Source: Planctomycetota bacterium
GTDB taxonomy: Bacteria > Planctomycetota > GCA-002687715 > DRQF01
NCBI GenBank assembly: GCA_027001995.1
Contig: JALTLO010000146.1
Location: forward strand, 23,757 to 40,872
DNA length: 17,116 nt
Direction: 5' to 3'
Positions 14,943 to 17,116 of the stretch are shown here, in pieces. Each line of letters starts with the position of its first letter. The stretch's first letter is position 1. The notes beneath the pieces are model-generated. The model had not been told where the DNA came from. It did not search any database and saw nothing but the letters and a program-made list of their open reading frames with translations. The translations under genes and the position numbers were made by a program.

Positions 14943-16460
14943 CTACTTGAAGCCCTTCTTGATGAACTTCATATAGGCCTCATTCAATTCTTCCAGGTCC
15001 ACCCCATCGATGGCTGCATCCAGGGCCTTACCTGAGCTCCCGGTTTTGACCATAGTGTTGAAGTAGATGTCCAAAATCTCGGGCCAACGCTTGTTTTGCT
15101 TCTTACAGCTTTTGCTTTTCAAAAAGTAAACAAAAGCCCACCCTTGCGCATAGCAAATTCGGCCATTGGCATAATATTGAGGCTGGGTGTAAGTGAGAAG
15201 ATCCTTCAGATGGACGTTCTTTCCTTCGCGGACAGCCTTTTTGACCGTGGCTGTGCGCCAGTCGAACAAGCCAATTTTGAAACCCTTCTTGGGGTTCGCG
15301 CCTGCAAAGTAGTCACCATAACCTTCGTCAAACCAACGATGAGCTGATGTCTCACCCACAGAATAGTACAAGTATTGGTGGAAAGCTTCGTGAAATAAGG
15401 TCGAATAAGAATCTGCCATGCCGCCATCTTTGGTGGCATCATAGATGACCAATTCACCTGATGAAGGATTGAAGTAACCAGCACTGCCACCAGGACCGCC
15501 ATATTGGTGATACTCCTCTCGATCCTGGCAAACCCGAACAACACTCACAGCGGTGATTTTCTTCTTCGGAGGAAACACCTTTTCGTAGTGCTTTCTCATG
15601 CGCTCAAGATACTTCACAATATTCTTGGCGAAGATGATCTGCTTGGTTTTTTTCTGAGGAATGTTGTGGACGACGACGTATTGCTTTGTCGGTGTGGGCA
15701 TGATTGTCCAACTCTTGGGCAAGCGTCCACGAATCTTCTCGATTTTCTTGTCCATCTCCGACAAGTTGTCCAGATCCATGCCCTTCTTTTGGTTTTTGCG
15801 TTCCCGATCAAAGAACTTAAGCGACTTAATCGATGAATAAATCTTCGATTTGACTTTTGTTTTCGAGTTAGGAGAGCGCTCAGGAAAAATCTGATCCGTA
15901 GGAGCTTCGTAGATCACCGCCCACTCGAAGGTGCCATCGAAGACCACCCCGACAATCATCGAAGTGTGACCGTACTTTGTGGAACGCAGGTCGAGTTCAA
16001 AGACCTTGCCTTTGGCCTTGCCAACTTTAATGGCTTTCGACTTGGGTAGTTTGGCCAGATATCCAAAGCTCTTTTTCCAATAGTCCTGAAACGAAACCGG
16101 ACGGTTACGCTCTTTCCAGCGCCTCATCATCTCCGCGCGGTCAATCTCTGGACTACCATCACCCTGGCCCCCCGCTGTCACTTCAGCGGGGACGGCCGAT
16201 CCCGTCACCCCCCCACGGCGGCGGAATTTCATCAGGCGCAGGGCATAGCGCTCGCCAGTGCCCTTTTTCATGGTATCGGCTGCCCATTTGGCCACCACGT
16301 CGTCTTCATCCGGTTGAGGAGGAATCTGATCCCACTGGCCTGGAACCTTGACGGAGACACCATCAGCAGGGAATTTCTGCCGCTTGAGTGACTTGATTTG
16401 CCCACCAGCAGAAACAGCCATGGTCACGATTAGGAATACGGTTGCGAAATAACGATACAT
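14943..16460 (-). CDS. Secreted gluzincin-type zinc metallopeptidase (DUF1570/peptidase MA-like)
   Basis: Signal peptide from ATG 16460. HEAFH, then WFDEGYGDYF and YAQGWAFVYFL. Confidence 0.85.
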   Translation of the reverse strand: MYRYFATVFLIVTMAVSAGGQIKSLKRQKFPADGVSVKVPGQWDQIPPQPDEDDVVAKWAADTMKKGTGERYALRLMKFRRRGGVTGSAVPAEVTAGGQGDGSPEIDRAEMMRRWKERNRPVSFQDYWKKSFGYLAKLPKSKAIKVGKAKGKVFELDLRSTKYGHTSMIVGVVFDGTFEWAVIYEAPTDQIFPERSPNSKTKVKSKIYSSIKSLKFFDRERKNQKKGMDLDNLSEMDKKIEKIRGRLPKSWTIMPTPTKQYVVVHNIPQKKTKQIIFAKNIVKYLERMRKHYEKVFPPKKKITAVSVVRVCQDREEYHQYGGPGGSAGYFNPSSGELVIYDATKDGGMADSYSTLFHEAFHQYLYYSVGETSAHRWFDEGYGDYFAGANPKKGFKIGLFDWRTATVKKAVREGKNVHLKDLLTYTQPQYYANGRICYAQGWAFVYFLKSKSCKKQNKRWPEILDIYFNTMVKTGSSGKALDAAIDGVDLEELNEAYMKFIKKGFK

Positions 16461-16530
16461 CTTGGGCAAAACCCCTCTTTTTTGTCCTGAGAATCGAATG
16501 CCTGAAAGCAATCTTCACTTCTTACACTGT

Positions 16531-16559
16531 TAAGACGCGAAAAATGGTGATTCCGTTCC
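16531..16559 (-). promoter_or_regulatory. Candidate ECF-sigma promoter of the metallopeptidase
   Basis: GGAAC-N17-CGTCTTA, 70 nt upstream of ATG 16460. Confidence 0.5.
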
Positions 16560-16618
16560 GATTTTATTTTTCGTTACAATAATTTGACACGAAACGAACT
16601 GAAAAATCAGAAAAGACT

Positions 16619-16852
16619 ATGAGCAACTCTCACGAACGCCTGACAGAAATCGAACATGATCTTAGCCACCAAGGGAGGCTTGCAGAAGTGCTGAATGAAG
16701 TTGTTTGCCAACAAGGTCGAGAGATCGCTGCCTTTGCTGGCGTTATCAAGAAACTTGAGGCGAGAATTACCTATTTGGAACAACGTTCCAGCGGCGGCGA
16801 CGCCGCGAGTACAGCGGAAGAAGCGTCTCCTTGGAAAGACCCAGAGATGTAG
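16619..16852 (+). CDS. slyX: SlyX-family coiled-coil protein
   Basis: ERLTEIE..LSHQ….E.LNEVV.QQ..EI pattern, 77 aa. Lacks the usual C-terminal PPHY. Confidence 0.75.
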   Translation: MSNSHERLTEIEHDLSHQGRLAEVLNEVVCQQGREIAAFAGVIKKLEARITYLEQRSSGGDAASTAEEASPWKDPEM

Positions 16853-16980
16853 GAAATCCGCCGGATCGCATTGTATTGCTTCCCGAAAGATTGGCGTCTT
16901 CGCCGTTTCCTCGGTCTTCGATTTGTGTCTTTTGGGCAGAGCAGCGTTATGGACTTCTGGGGGGCTGGGAGAGAAATCCA

Positions 16981-17116
16981 AGAAGCCGCGGGACGCGACT
17001 GCTCCCAGTTGGATAATCTTAAGAAGACGAAGAAGCCGCGAGACGCGACTGCTCCCAATTGGGTAATCTCAAGAAGACGAAGAAGCCGCGGGACGCGACT
17101 GCTCCCAGTTGGATAA
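16981..17116. repeat. Tandem array of 50-bp REP-like units (at least 2.7 copies, runs off the window)
   Basis: Units start at 16981, 17031 and 17081: AGAAGCCGCG[G/A]GACGCGACTGCTCCCA[G/A]TTGG[A/G]TAATCT[T/C]AAGAAGACGA. Internal imperfect palindrome AGCCGCG-gga-CGCGACT. Confidence 0.9.

Noticed and set aside
16981..17116. CRISPR array
   Set aside because: Units are near-identical over the full 50 bp with no unique spacers, and there are no cas genes in the window.
339..17116. Remaining track ORFs (e.g. 680-1057, 2745-3302, 4171-4884, 5150-5755, 7050-7631, 10725-11321, 12607-12813, 16607-17116)
   Set aside because: Antisense or alternate-frame shadows of well-supported genes, tRNAs or repeats, with no recognisable motifs or RBS.

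Overview
Bacterial DNA, probably Planctomycetota-like (inferred from the integrase type, DUF1570-like peptidase, ECF/zf-HC2 pair and REP-like repeats). Left part (1-~5085): the decayed end of a genomic island at the 3' end of tRNA-Val(CAC). It holds a tyrosine integrase, IS-derived pseudogene debris, a ~1.08 kb transposase-less segment bounded by inverted repeats with two small cargo genes, and a secreted six-Cys peptide gene followed by a strong hairpin and a secreted protein gene that runs off the window and is absent from the ORF track. Right part: host backbone with an ECF sigma/zinc anti-sigma pair, a Schlafen/AlbA_2 protein, two SIS-domain paralogues flanking a secreted YetA/PcRGLX-like lyase, tRNA-Ala(CGC), trmL, a DUF2270 protein, a HEXXH metallopeptidase, slyX and a 50-bp tandem REP-like array. 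Top signal: ORFs 5359-5619 and 5665-6258 share one frame interrupted only by a TGA at 5617-5619. That TGA sits at the redox-site position of a thioredoxin-like, selenoprotein-N-like fold and is followed by a SECIS-like hairpin. This suggests a 299-aa exported selenoprotein directly upstream of the ECF/anti-sigma pair. All family calls are from motif recognition, not database searches.
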